A stretch of 60,426 nucleotides of DNA, counting the filler, from Catajapyx aquilonaris (lineage: Eukaryota): assembly GCA_000934665.2 (NCBI GenBank). It is 3 parts of 3 records of this genome, joined end to end, with 100 filler letters (N's around TTAATTAATTAA, not from the genome) between each part and the next. Parts side by side here need not be neighbours in the genome. Positions count along the whole stretch, not along the records: positions 1 to 20,064 come from JYFJ02006336.1; positions 20,165 to 40,267 come from JYFJ02006337.1; 1 more part is not named here. One strand, 5' to 3'. Below, piece by piece: positions 11,740 to 22,665 of this stretch. The notes beneath the pieces are model-generated. The model was not told the DNA's origin. It worked only from the letters and a program-made list of their open reading frames with translations, and made no database searches. Within the stretch, counting starts at the first letter, position 1. Each line of letters starts with the position of its first letter. Position numbers and translations under genes: made by a program.

Positions 11740-12406
11740 TGTAGTGGCACAGAGGATTAAAACAGTTCCCTCTACAGGTAATTCAGGTCACCTGCTGAAT
11801 GACCCCTGCATTCCTAATAATAAGGCCCAGTCAACATTGTGGTGAGCCTTTTAAACTAACTAAGGGCAAAGAAACATGAATTTCGCTTAGATTATGTTGG
11901 TACATGTTACACCATTTGTAGGCATATGAAACTCCCTCTCTCAGGCCTGATGCAATCTGGACAAGTGGACACTCACCGATGCCGGACAAGCAAGTTTATT
12001 GGTATTGCTCCGTATGCCATGAGGATGATAATATTATGAGGGACATGCGGAGGTGCATTTCTTATGGGTCCACGAAGACTGTGTGGGTCTTATAAGGAGC
12101 AGTGTCTGTGTCCATAATGTGAGAAGTAGGACTTGCAATGGTGGAGGACTTACGTGGCTCTCTTCCTCTCTGTCGCTCCGTCACTCCAGCAGCATGCACC
12201 CACGACGTCCGGTGGCATCGCGTACAGTACCGTGGAGCTCAGGACTCTGGACGAGAGATGCTGGCGGCCGGGAACACTTGCCATCATGCACACGCAGCCG
12301 TGGAGCCGCGGGGATTCCCCACGTGTGGGAAAGAACGAATAAAAAGGAAGGAAGGAAGAAGCAGGAAGGTTATAGGGAAGAGGTGGAGGGTAGGACTGAG
12401 GCTACA
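11740..12406 (+). mobile_element. Possible solo LTR immediately upstream of paralogue C
   Basis: TGTAG...CTACA termini, TATAAG at ~12091, AATAAA at ~12338, and no homology to other paralogue flanks. No TSD found. Confidence 0.3.
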
Positions 12407-12535
12407 AGTAACGCCACCCTGCTGTTGAGAGTCCAACTGAGTGTGTCTCAGGCCTGTTGGTACTTGCATTCTTGCAAGAGCTCTCTTGGTGCTCGGTCTA
12501 GTTGTAGCTGAAAGAGCAAGTGAAGCGGTGACAAT

Positions 12536-13562
12536 ATGGCTTTGAAGATGTGCTTGGGTGTTTTTTCCCTCCGTGGAGGTACTGCCTTTGCAGCTTTGGT
12601 ATCAGCGGTAAGCCTATTTATACTCTAGTTTCATGAAAGGCGAGAAGAAACACAACGGTGCAATACTAATATACTGTGTGTAATTTAATAATTTCCAGGT
12701 CGTGTTCATGCTTGTCTTCCAAGAATGCGTTGATGCCTGTGCAACGCTATTACAGACTGGAAGAACTAGCGGCTTCTTCCGAAGAATAGGCCGATATCAG
12801 TTTGATGGTAGGCATCAAATTCGCACCTAGCATATCACTTATTTGCATTGCGCCTATTATTCATTCACACTGTAAGCTGCATGAGCTTCACGCACGTTAA
12901 AAACTGGCATGTCATAACTACTGCAATAAAGCCTGTTTTAAGCATAAAAACACTCTGTTTAAACAATAGCTAAAGAGCAAAGGAGATCAGTTGGAATGTG
13001 GTGATTCATAGTCACAATTATCTTGAATGTGCAGTATCATATTGATTAAAATATTTCCATATCATATTGTGTCCAATTTAACAATATTAACCACACAATT
13101 GATTAATATGCATTTATTTAAACAGGAGGAATCTGGGTTGTGATAGCATCTGTCTCATACTCTGGAGCGGCTTTCCTTTCCTCAGTGCTTGGCCTGATGG
13201 GCGTCTGCAAGGTAAGGCTAATAAACCCCTTTTGTCATCCAGCTATTACCATGAGCTTGCCATGAGCAATATTAATACCATTGCTTTAATATTTTCAGGA
13301 AAAATCAGGATGGCTGACTGAATTCATGTATCTGCTGTTCATCAATGCCATGTTGGCTTTGGGCATTTTCATCTGGATTTCTGTCATGTATGCCTTTTAT
13401 CTGAAGATGTTCTTCTATACTATGGACATACTGATTTTAAACTTGTACTTTTGTTTCGTGGTGTATTCATACAAGAATTCTTCTGAGTTTGATGTGGCCA
13501 CCTTGGAAATGATTAATAATGTCATCAGTGCCATGACTGCTGAGCGTGAAAACACAGAGTGA
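12536..13562 (+). CDS. Paralogue C: intact 4-exon gene (12536-12607, 12699-12807, 13126-13211, 13299-13562), 176-aa four-TM membrane protein, LAPTM4/DUF4728-like
   Basis: All introns GT-AG; 531-nt open spliced frame MALKMCLGVFSLRGGTAFAALVSAVVFMLVFQECVDAC...GIWVVIASVSYSGAAFLSSVLGLMGVCKEKSGWLTEFMYLLF...NLYFCFVVYSYKNSSEF...ENTE*. Four hydrophobic segments. N-terminal C-x3-4-SLRxG and late YF-x2-VVYSY motifs resemble the LAPTM4-like tetraspan group (family call is inference). Confidence 0.88.
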
Positions 13563-14126
13563 TTATTTATTAATAAGCAATAAGCATAATCACTGCCTTT
13601 CCGTTCAAGCCTATGCAGATGTAAACCTTTTCTAAAACTGAGCAGGGGATAACTTCCCAGAAGTAGTAAGTAGATGTAACATTATTTTCCGACTCACCTT
13701 GAGAGTCCATTAGCTCCGTTATGTATAGGTACTTGAAGTAGGTGGTAAGCATTTATTTCAATTATTTGGAATTAGATTACTTTTTGTACCTTCTGATAGT
13801 TAGTTTCTTCTGCACAATGTACATACAGTAGCCTAAGTGCAAACAACTGGTGTATATGGAACAGTCCTTTTTTGTGCTGGAAGAATTGTATTTGCCTGAT
13901 GAAATAATCGGGTTATTATGTATTTTTATGTTAACGTATTTGTGATTCCTGTATCACATCTCTATATCTTCTAAATAAAGGACAACATGTTTAACTAACC
14001 CACTTCCAAAATTCTGAGAGACCTGAAACTTGGCTTACTGAGGGATTATGTGCTCCTGATTGGGTTAAAGGTCAGAAAACCAAAATATTCCTTAGAACCT
14101 TATTCTGAAATTCAATGATGGAGTTG

Positions 14127-15124
14127 CCGAACCAGAGATTATACAATACCCATATTATGTATTGAAATGTCAAGATGAGATGTACAATAATTATATCAAA
14201 TTATTATCAACCAGTTTATTGCCAAGTAAAAGATCATCCCATCCCCCAACATTTAAGAGGCGTCACAAAATACAATCATGTTACGGTCCACAGTGGTTGG
14301 AAACTGCGAGACTTCTGTTTTAGCGAGTCCCACTGAAACCATGCATCACCTGAAAATGTAAGTATCTAGCTAGTAAGAATGAGTGACATGTAAACATATT
14401 GGCAATCATTACACACACCTCACTGTAGAGGCCACGTCTCACTGCCACTTTATTTGTTTTCAAGAATATAATTATATGCGCGGCATACAAGTAGAAGTCA
14501 GAATGGAGCCTTTCTCTAGGTGATTGTCGATACCTTGTTCCAGCAGAGTTAGACTTTATGCAAGTTCAAAATTAAATTATTTAATGAAAACACTATAATA
14601 TATTAAAACTGGCTAAATCAAGTGGGGTGGGAAGTTTATGATAAACAGAAGTGGGCCATGTGCTCCCACAAGTAAGATCTCGCTGGTATTTCCACCAACA
14701 TTAAACAAGGGCATTCCTATTTTATCGTATCTGTATAGAGACAAAATATTCACATGGCCTAATAAAAACTAAATCAGTGTATCTGCAAAAAAAAAAAAAC
14801 GTATACGCGTTTATCTATGTTAAAAACCGGTGGACTATGCAAAGGACATTTCTGCATTTCAGTCATGATAACCTTCTTAATTTATTAGACAAAATGAGTT
14901 GATTCAGTCAACTCTATTTAATTTTTAAGTTACAGTAATATCGGTGAATTTTATCTACTGAACATGACTGTTTCGAATATGAATAACAGAAAATACACCG
15001 TAGTCATCCGCCTGAACCAAAACAATAATTTGCTAAAATGACACTAGTATTTCCACTGAAACTAAAGCCATCACATCTGCCACACTTCTTGCCTGTGGAT
15101 ACCAAAATATTCGCTCATTATTAA
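14127..15124. repeat. ~1-kb segmental duplication block, copy 2
   Basis: Colinear with 8706-9747. Confidence 0.9.
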
Positions 15125-15980
15125 ATAAATCATTATTATTAGCCCCTATATGCAGGACTCTGCTCTTGATACGAATAATAATAATTCACTGGGCAACACA
15201 CAAAGTTTCTCAAATGAAAATAGCTAATCTTGACTATAATTTTGAGGTGCTGAACACGAAAATGACAATAAAATTTGTCGTTTGGCTCTAGTTTAGGAGA
15301 TACAGATATATGGTCATAAGACTCATAACTTATATGGACATGTATACTTGACATACAAGGGAACATCGCGAATTTCTATGTGAAGTTCAAGTTCAAAATG
15401 TGTTTTTCTGGTTATTTATCTGCAAGGAAAAACGCACCTTTCCAGAAAAATCCTGGTTCTCAAGAATAACATTGAAATATTTAATAAATGCCTACTTTAA
15501 TCTCAGATATTTCATTTTTGTCAATATTTGTTGCTCAGTGCAATCGGTTTCCTGAGGACTAATATATTTCAAAAAAAAACAAGTGTTAACATTCCACAGA
15601 TCTAATAACATGTACCAGCCAGGCGATATTCATCATCCGCTTCTCATAACACTGATAACAGTTTTACTAACCTTATCCTCGACCTGCGAACTTTACAGTT
15701 GATTAGTGTCCATAAACTATGAAAACTGACACGGCCAGAACGACTGGTCACATGCTGCACTGCCAGCACAAAGAAATCCTTCTCATATGGCATTGTTTAT
15801 ATTTTCATTTCGAGAGAAGGAAAACCCTCGTCCAGATTGGTCCAGATATTATAGGGCTTACAGCATCCATCCAGGCAGCTCAGTGGTTTTCACGGCGGGT
15901 TTACGTCGCAAAGGAGCAGACCTGTTGGTAGAGGTAGACTGTGTGAGTATCATAGGCAAGAGTGAAGAGAACCTGTGGCA

Positions 15981-17186
15981 ATGGCTTTGAAGACGTGCTT
16001 GGGTCTGTTTTCCCTCCGTGGAGGTGTGATCTTTGTGGCGCTGCTGTCAGCAGTAAGTAGTACTGGTCATTTGCTGATTCTCCAGTTTCATTTAATGTGA
16101 GAAGACAAACATGGTGTAATTCATTTCCAGGTCGCATCCACGCTTGTATTCCAGAAATGCGTTGGTGACATTGTAATGCTATCAGAGGTGCCTCTGATTT
16201 GGCATTCGAGGATTGACGGTAGGCATAAAATTCGCAATTATACATTATGCATTCACACTGTAACCTACTTGTACAGTACAGTACATAGAGTAGACTGTAC
16301 TGTACGTTAAAAATTGTGGATGCAGAAAAATTTTATGTAATGAAAGCTAATAAGCATAATCATTATTTGTTAACATGTAATATTCTTCCCTAAATAAAGC
16401 CGTTAATTGCTGCTAAAGTTTCTCCTAAAAATATATTGCGGAAATGAACTTCGCCTACTTTTTGGAGTGGCCCAGTGCGTAGGTCGTAGGGCATGTACTG
16501 ACTTACATTAGCATTCATTGTCGTATGTCAATAATTATTCAAATAGGTTTGGATGTGGCGGATTTAAATGATATCCTCGGTTTATGATGTCACCGCACAC
16601 TATAAGATACCGGTGTAGTCAAAGCTCCTTGAAATTTTTAACCGTTTTTTTGTGGCTTCTGCTCCATCAAGATTATTGAAATCCTTCCATATTATGTCCA
16701 TTGTTAAAAGTATTAGTAAACTTTTATTAATTTTACTCGCATTGATTTCAACAGGAACAATCTGGTACGTACTCATATCTGGCACCATTTACTCGGCAAT
16801 AGATTTGTTTTCTTCGGTGTCTGCCCTATTCGGGGTTTACAAGGTAAGGATTAGAAGAAAACCATGTTATCCTCCAGCTATTATTAGCTACAATGGCCTA
16901 ATATATATTTTAATATTTTCAGGCTCGATCAGAGTGGCTGATTCCATTCATGATTCTGTTGTTTGTCAGTTCCATTCTGTCTTTCGCCATTTTTCTATGG
17001 GTTTGGTTTGAATATGGCTTTATTCTGATGATCTTCTTCTACACAATGGACGCACTTGTTGCAAACTTGTACTTTTTCTTAGTGGTCATCTCATACAAGA
17101 ATTCCCCTTCGTTTGGATCAAGGTTTGGATCTACTAGTTTGGAAATGGATAATGTAAATCAGCAGCATGCTGATGACATAGTGTAA
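15981..17186 (+). CDS. Paralogue D: intact 4-exon gene (15981-16052, 16131-16218, 16755-16843, 16923-17186), 170-aa four-TM membrane protein, LAPTM4/DUF4728-like
   Basis: All introns GT-AG; 513-nt open spliced frame MALKTCLGLFSLRGGVIFVALLSAVASTLVFQKCVGDIV...RIDGTIWYVLISGTIYSAIDLFSSVSALFGVYKARSEWLIPFMILLFV...NLYFFLVVISYKNSPSF...ADDIV*. Confidence 0.9.
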
Positions 17187-18489
17187 ATACATTTTGACTT
17201 TTGCGTCATAGTCATATCAATCATAAAACACGGATCGCTTCTGCTGCCTATTGCAATTATGAAAATGTTCTCAGTAAAATGTCCCCCCCCCCCGCCCCGC
17301 CCTGATTACTATCACTGCTGTACTTTTAAATTGTATTGCGTATGTTTAAACATTCCTGCCGCAGCTTCTAAAAATATGGTAGTGTACTGTACCCTTGTTT
17401 ACGCTTGAAAAATATGTAGTCTTATCCAGACCATTACATTTCCGTCGCAGTGTACAATACAGTTCTTTTTATCATAGAGGTACACATTGACATTTTTTCA
17501 TATCCGTCTACCAATATTGTGTATTAATTTCATGCTGTTTTAAGTGGAGTCTGCCGAGGAGTCGAAAAATATTTATACAGTATCGCAAATTAAAAATATT
17601 GCATAAGGTGTACTTGTACAAAATGATCTGAAATCACCAGTCAATGGTAATTTTATAGTACGATTATATTGGATTACATCTGGTGAGAATGAACGTTTTT
17701 AATACAGTAGTACTTACATTATACGGTGTGTTCCAAGTATTCCAGTCCTTCTTAGATCCGCACAAAATAATAATTTCAAAGTGATTTCTGTGTTGCTTTT
17801 TGCGCCCTAATCTAGGTGGCCAATTAAATAGCGACCGCTATATTAGACCACAACTAGGAATTACTTGGCACCTCGATAAGGGAGCAAAATTCAATAGACA
17901 GAAATAATAACTTCGGCATTTGCGATAACTATACAAGTAAAAGGATCTCCACACATTTATGTAACTTCGTATGTAATATTCTTCCAACTTATGGAAATAT
18001 GTACAGTATGATCCATCAGTTCATTAAATTTTGTAGTCTCATTTCAAAATATTTCATGAGCCCCAGCATTACCACAATATTATGATCATATTTTCCATCA
18101 AATTAACTTGCAAATGATAACTGTTTAGCTTTATATTCTCTGGAAGCATAGTCACATTGAGGAACAGGCAATCCTTCGTCGTTTTAAATAATTACTGCAG
18201 TGTACATTTTGGAATTATGCCTACTTTGGAAGTAAACATATATCCCATTAATGCATGTACAGTACGTATATGTGACAAAACAATGAAACAAAATAAAGTT
18301 ATTTTTCATAAGATCATTGATGAGTACTATTTCCAACCGGTCTTCTTTATGACAGCAGAGTGCTGTTAAATAATAATATTACTGTAGAGCTTGAATTTCT
18401 TAAGTGTCCCTGAAATTTAATTTAATTTTGATTAAATGATAATACAGGACTAATATACCTTGCCATCCAAGCCGATAGAATAAACCTTT

Positions 18490-19030
18490 TCCAAGACTGG
18501 ATGAGCATGGGGTACAAATTTTCAGAAGCAGTAATTAAGATTCCACATGTCTGACCCACCTGGAGAGTATTATAGAAATGCCTGCAATATTCCTGATACA
18601 CTGCACCAGCTCTATTGTGCTCTTCCCATGGCATGAACTCCTTTGGAATTAAAATATTTCTGATATTTAGCTTCTCTTACACAATTTGCAAATTGTTCCT
18701 TGCTAACTGTGGGCCATTAGTTCAAACAACTGCTGGTGTATGGAACAGTCCTTTCTTATTCTGGAAGAATTGTCCTTATTGGCTGAAAGAAATAATTAGG
18801 ACGTGTACCTTTTAAATTTTATCTTCATGTATCATCTGTATCTGTATATCTGTGTATCATCATGTTTGTATCACATTTTATGTATCACAACTCTATAATT
18901 ACCTACTCAATAAAAGACAACTTTACTAACTAATAACCCACTTCCAGAATTCTGAGAGACCTGAAACTTTGGATACTGATCGATGATTATATGCGCCTGA
19001 TTGAGTGACAGTTCCGAAAACCACTTTCTA
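18490..19030. repeat. Third copy of the block that follows paralogues A and C (~475-975 and ~13625-14080), here without a gene in front
   Basis: Shared strings TCTGACCCA, TTCTGATATTTAGCTT, ATGGAACAGTCCTTT..CTGGAAGAATTGT, TAACCCACTTCCAGA..GAGACCTGAAACTT. Confidence 0.75.
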
Positions 19031-19250
19031 ATCATCCAAAGGATTTTTGCTATTGCTTGAGCTGCAAGTTACGGAATACTCCACGGATGACGTGACGGTT
19101 GCTGGTATAGGAGATAATTAATTATAAAACAGTTTGACAGAATAACTTAAATTTTAACGTATTTAGGCACTACTTTACACTTCAGTATAATTCCTTTGAA
19201 ATAATTATATATCCAGGCATATATTACAAATTTTAAAATATACTGATTAG

Positions 19251-20064
19251 CAGGGCCCTGCAGAGGGGGGGGGGGCAGCTGGGNGGGGGGCAGCTGGGTA
19301 CACTTGCCCCGGGCCTCCGTACGGCCAGGGGGCCCCGCCAGGGGCCCCAGGCCAGACTTATTCAACCAGCCGACAGAAACGTACTGGGAAAAATACCCAA
19401 TTCCAATGGCGTCTTAACATATTAGGGCCGAATCATTTCTGGAGGCCCCATTTCAATAACAGTGACTTATAATTCACAAATTTTGGCAATAATAATAATA
19501 ATAATAAGCCAATTTGGGGCCCCTATTTAGGTTGGGGACTCGGGGCCCTATAATTCAATACCGGCTCTTAAATGGCAATTTTTTCCAATAGAAATTCGCC
19601 AATTTGGGGGCCCCTGTTTCAGTCGGGGGTTATTGGACCCTCTCCATATGCAAGGATTCGATCAGACATTCAGACTTGCCCAAACACTCACTAATTCTCT
19701 CACCCTGAAAACGCAACCACTCAAGATGTGGGGAAAAGGAAAAGGGCTTGCCTACATAGAGTACAGTTCTGTTTAAAGGGGAACCTAGCCGAAATTTTGA
19801 AGGCCTTAAAATGAGCCCTTGGCGAATATTGTTTTTGGTTAGTAAAAGTGGTCAAAACCCAATGAACATAATTACGTACATCAAAAGACGGAGGAAGACG
19901 AGGAGAATGCAACAATAGAATTAGCTTTACTCGAATATGTAACCAGAAAAGTGTGTGTCATTCCATGGGTCACATATCTCATAATTTGGGCCCCTAAAAT
20001 TAGTGATGAATCTGCCAAACATCCCTCATATTTTACCTGGTTGCAAATTGAACATAACCTTAAA
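19251..20064. mobile_element. hAT-like non-autonomous element, truncated by the gap
   Basis: Starts CAGGGCCCTGCAGAGGGGG (same TIR as 1-25); internal repeats of the (CC)AATTTGGGGCCCCT type. Confidence 0.65.
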
Positions 20065-20163
20065 NNNNNNNNNNNNNNNNNNNNNNNNNNNNNNNNNNNN
20101 NNNNNNNNTTAATTAATTAANNNNNNNNNNNNNNNNNNNNNNNNNNNNNNNNNNNNNNNNNNN
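20065..20163. other. Artificial contig linker (44 N + TTAATTAATTAA + 43 N)
   Basis: N runs around a palindromic 12-mer that places stops in all six frames. Confidence 0.95.
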
Positions 20164-20903
20164 NTTTATTTATTTATCACGCCTAATTAAGCCACTTCCC
20201 GGGCACGGAGAGCGCTCAAATTTCTCAGAGCCATGTCTTACATATCACTGACCCCGAGAAAAGTCCCAAACCAGAACTTTTTTGAGTCTAAGGGGGGTTT
20301 TCAGCAGATTAAGCAATTGCCTAGCAACCCTGGCTGTCAACAAGCCCAAAGGATGGATCTGCCTCTCTCACTCATGTTCTAAAATGAAATCAACATTGCA
20401 TATTCAACAATGAAAACAATAGAACAACGGGCAGGTTGGCAAGAATAATATAATTGCAGTATACGAGTAGGGTATTGTAACAATGAACGGTTGGAGTACT
20501 TAGGGGAGTGCCAAGATCAACAATACCGAACAATACGGTACTGTACAGTTCATATATCTATAGAACCTGCCACAAGGCACCAGGAAACACAGAGGAAAGA
20601 AGAGCAGGTATACGTTCGTTTGGTCTCAGAAGTGTTGGAGTGATGCCTTCATGTTCAGATTGTGTTGTCATCTAATTTTTTTTATTTATCTGATACAAAA
20701 TTTTCAAACGGGTAAAACGGTTACTTCCCGCATGGGAAATTTTTCTTGGCCACTTCACAACCAGCAAGCTATCATAATTCCCACGTTATCACCTATTTTT
20801 CAATTTAAACATTTTATGATGTCATTTTCAAACCGGCGTTAATGTGGAACGGCGTAAAATGGAGGGGGGTAAAATGGGTACCTACTGTATTATTTTGATA
20901 ATT

Positions 20904-21375
20904 GGACGGTGTTATGCAATAATGCATCAACCTACATGAGAACAGTTTTGAGAAAAAGGGCTTTGAAGGTCATACCGTCTGTGAAATTAATTCAGTGTTC
21001 TTTTCGGTCATTTATGGCAGAAGTATATGCACATTTCACCAGCGTGATTTTAACTGAATGAAGTAGGATCCTCTTGAGGATCCTTTAGGTCAGCGGTTCT
21101 TAGCCTGGGGTGCCCGCACCTCCAGGGGGTGCGAGGTGGCTTCCATGGGGGTGCGAGCAAGGTGCACCTCTAAACAAGAGTTAATATAAACGGGTCTAAC
21201 CATGAACGTAATCAATCACCCCTGGTATAGGGGGTGCGACAAGGACCAATATATTGTCTACAAAGGGGTGCAGAGGCCCGAAAAGGTTAAGAAACTCTGC
21301 TTTAGGTGTATGTTCCTGGGCTTGGCTCAATTTTGATATTTTTGTGGGTTGACCCATTATTGCATAACACTGTCC
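20904..21375. mobile_element. MITE with AATT TSD (Sola1-like), host of a nested hAT MITE
   Basis: TIR GGAC(G/A)GTGTTATGCAATAATG..TCAACC; AATT at 20900-20903 and 21376-21379. A shorter family member lies at 44742-44920. Confidence 0.8.
21091..21299. mobile_element. hAT (Charlie-like) MITE
   Basis: CAGCGGTTCTTAGCCT ... AGGTTAAGAAACTCTG termini; perfect 8-bp TSD CTTTAGGT (21083-21090, 21300-21307). Confidence 0.9.
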
Positions 21376-21692
21376 AATTATGCCTCCGCTTTCGATAACT
21401 TCTGTGTGTACGTTGACTGACACCAGGTTCAACATATGTACCAGACACTACACACGGGTTTGCTGCTATAAATTAATTAATTAATAACATATTTTGATAA
21501 TCTTCGTATGCCTTACCCAAAGAGCTTATACTAGGCTTAGTATAAGCTCTTTGGCCTTACCATTTTGTAATGTAAGGCACCAGAATTTTGTTGGTGATTA
21601 CCGTAGAAACAGGCCTATAAATGGTTTCAAATTTTGCACTTCCCTCAATTTTTTTATCAATTTTTTTTTCTGCCCCCTCCCCCCAATGTATC

Positions 21693-21830
21693 TCCACCTT
21701 GCCATGGTGGTGGGCTTTCGTTTTCTCATGATCCTGAAGAGCTATGCCGGCGGTAGTTTCGTCTACTGGTAGGGCCGCCCAAGTTGGACAGGTCTTTGGG
21801 ATAGGAGTCAGACTAAGAGAGAGATGCCAG
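21693..21830 (+). mobile_element. 5'-UTR fragment of an RTE/BovB-clade LINE
   Basis: CACCTTGCCATGGTG..GGGCTT..ATGA..GAGCTATGCCG..AGGGCCGCCCAAGTTGGACAGGTC resembles, from recall, the conserved RTE/BovB 5' region. No ORF follows. Confidence 0.55.
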
Positions 21831-22057
21831 TCTTTCCTCTCTTCTTTTTCCTCTCTGTTTCTCTCTCCATCTGTCCCACCTTTTTGTATTCTGATAACCA
21901 CATAGCCATAGTTGCGTGGCTTTTATTACGCAAACAAACCAGCATTTTTACACCCTTCCAGCGCCTACATAATTATGCAAGGGAATGAGCAGTTTTGCAT
22001 TTAATATTGCTTGAGATCTAAGAAAATTTCTGTGTAATTATCCACGCTCTTTTTTTC

Positions 22058-22087
22058 CCCGTGCGAAGAACGGGTACCGCTGCTAGT
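22058..22087 (+). mobile_element. Helitron-type 3' terminus
   Basis: GC-rich hairpin CCCGTGCGAAGAACGGG followed 8 nt later by CTAG|T. The 5' end was not located. Confidence 0.55.
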
Positions 22088-22109
22088 TCTCAATAAAAAT
22101 AAAATAAAA

Positions 22110-22140
<31 letters not shown>

Positions 22141-22215
22141 TCTCAATAATTCTCAATAAAATAAAATAAAAATATAATAATAATAATAATAATAACAATA
22201 ATAATTCTCAACAGC

Positions 22216-22262
<47 letters not shown>
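22088..22262. repeat. Compound (TAAAA)/(TAA)n/(CAA)n simple repeat with an internal duplication
   Basis: TTCTCAATAAAA..TAAAATAAAAATA(TAA)n occurs twice, followed by (CAA)n. Confidence 0.95.
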
Positions 22263-22263
<1 letters not shown>

Positions 22264-22312
22264 ATTTCACATAATACTGTCAACGATGTTTGTTTGCATA
22301 TCCGCTGGAAGT

Positions 22313-22665
22313 GGGGGAGGTGTGGTGGCCGTGATGGTAACGTCACGGCTTGCTGAGTGAAAGGTCCCAGGTTCGATCCCCGCCTGGGGAACTTTCCTTT
22401 CACCTGCGTCGGGAGGGTCTCTGACCTGCACCAAGGAGGTGTCTGGCAACCTAACCTCCTGGGGGACTGCACATGGCCCAAAAGCCATAGGACAATGCAC
22501 CTGCACAAGTGTCCCCTCCCCAACAATCCCTTTCCCTACCCTATATCCTAGTATTCCTTGCACGGAGATTGAAGTTAAAAGAAAATAGAAAACTGTATGG
22601 TGGTCTGCCACCCCCCGAAAGGCCCTTATAGAGGGCCATCAAGGGGTACGTAAAATAAAATAAAA
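22313..22665 (+). mobile_element. Full-length tRNA-derived SINE (353 bp)
   Basis: A box TGGCCGTGATGG (22326-22337), B box GGTTCGATCCC (22370-22380), (TAAAA)3 tail, perfect 15-bp TSD ATATCCGCTGGAAGT (22298-22312, 22666-22680). Confidence 0.93.

Noticed and set aside
12053..12511. 152-aa ORF and overlapping ORFs
   Set aside because: They lie in the GC-richer LTR-like insert, have non-ATG starts and show no recognisable protein features.
16652..17011. 119-aa hydrophobic ORF as a stand-alone gene
   Set aside because: It is read-through of intron 2, exon 3 and intron 3 of paralogue D; the spliced model explains it.
1..19275. One giant composite transposon carrying the gene cluster between the two CAGGGCCCTGCAGAGGG termini
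   Set aside because: The termini belong to elements extending away from the cluster (one ends at 25, one starts at 19251), so they are best read as two separate insertions.
22313..22390. tRNA gene (also 35755-35825 and the B-box-like GAGTTCGATCCC near 32150)
   Set aside because: No complete cloverleaf; these are SINE heads, the first with body, tail and TSD.
22450..22515. HDV-like ribozyme in the SINE body; hammerheads at CTGATGA sites elsewhere
   Set aside because: Spacing between the candidate P2 strands (GGACA/TGTCC) is too short for the nested pseudoknot. The CTGATGA sites I inspected lacked stem II plus GAAA.
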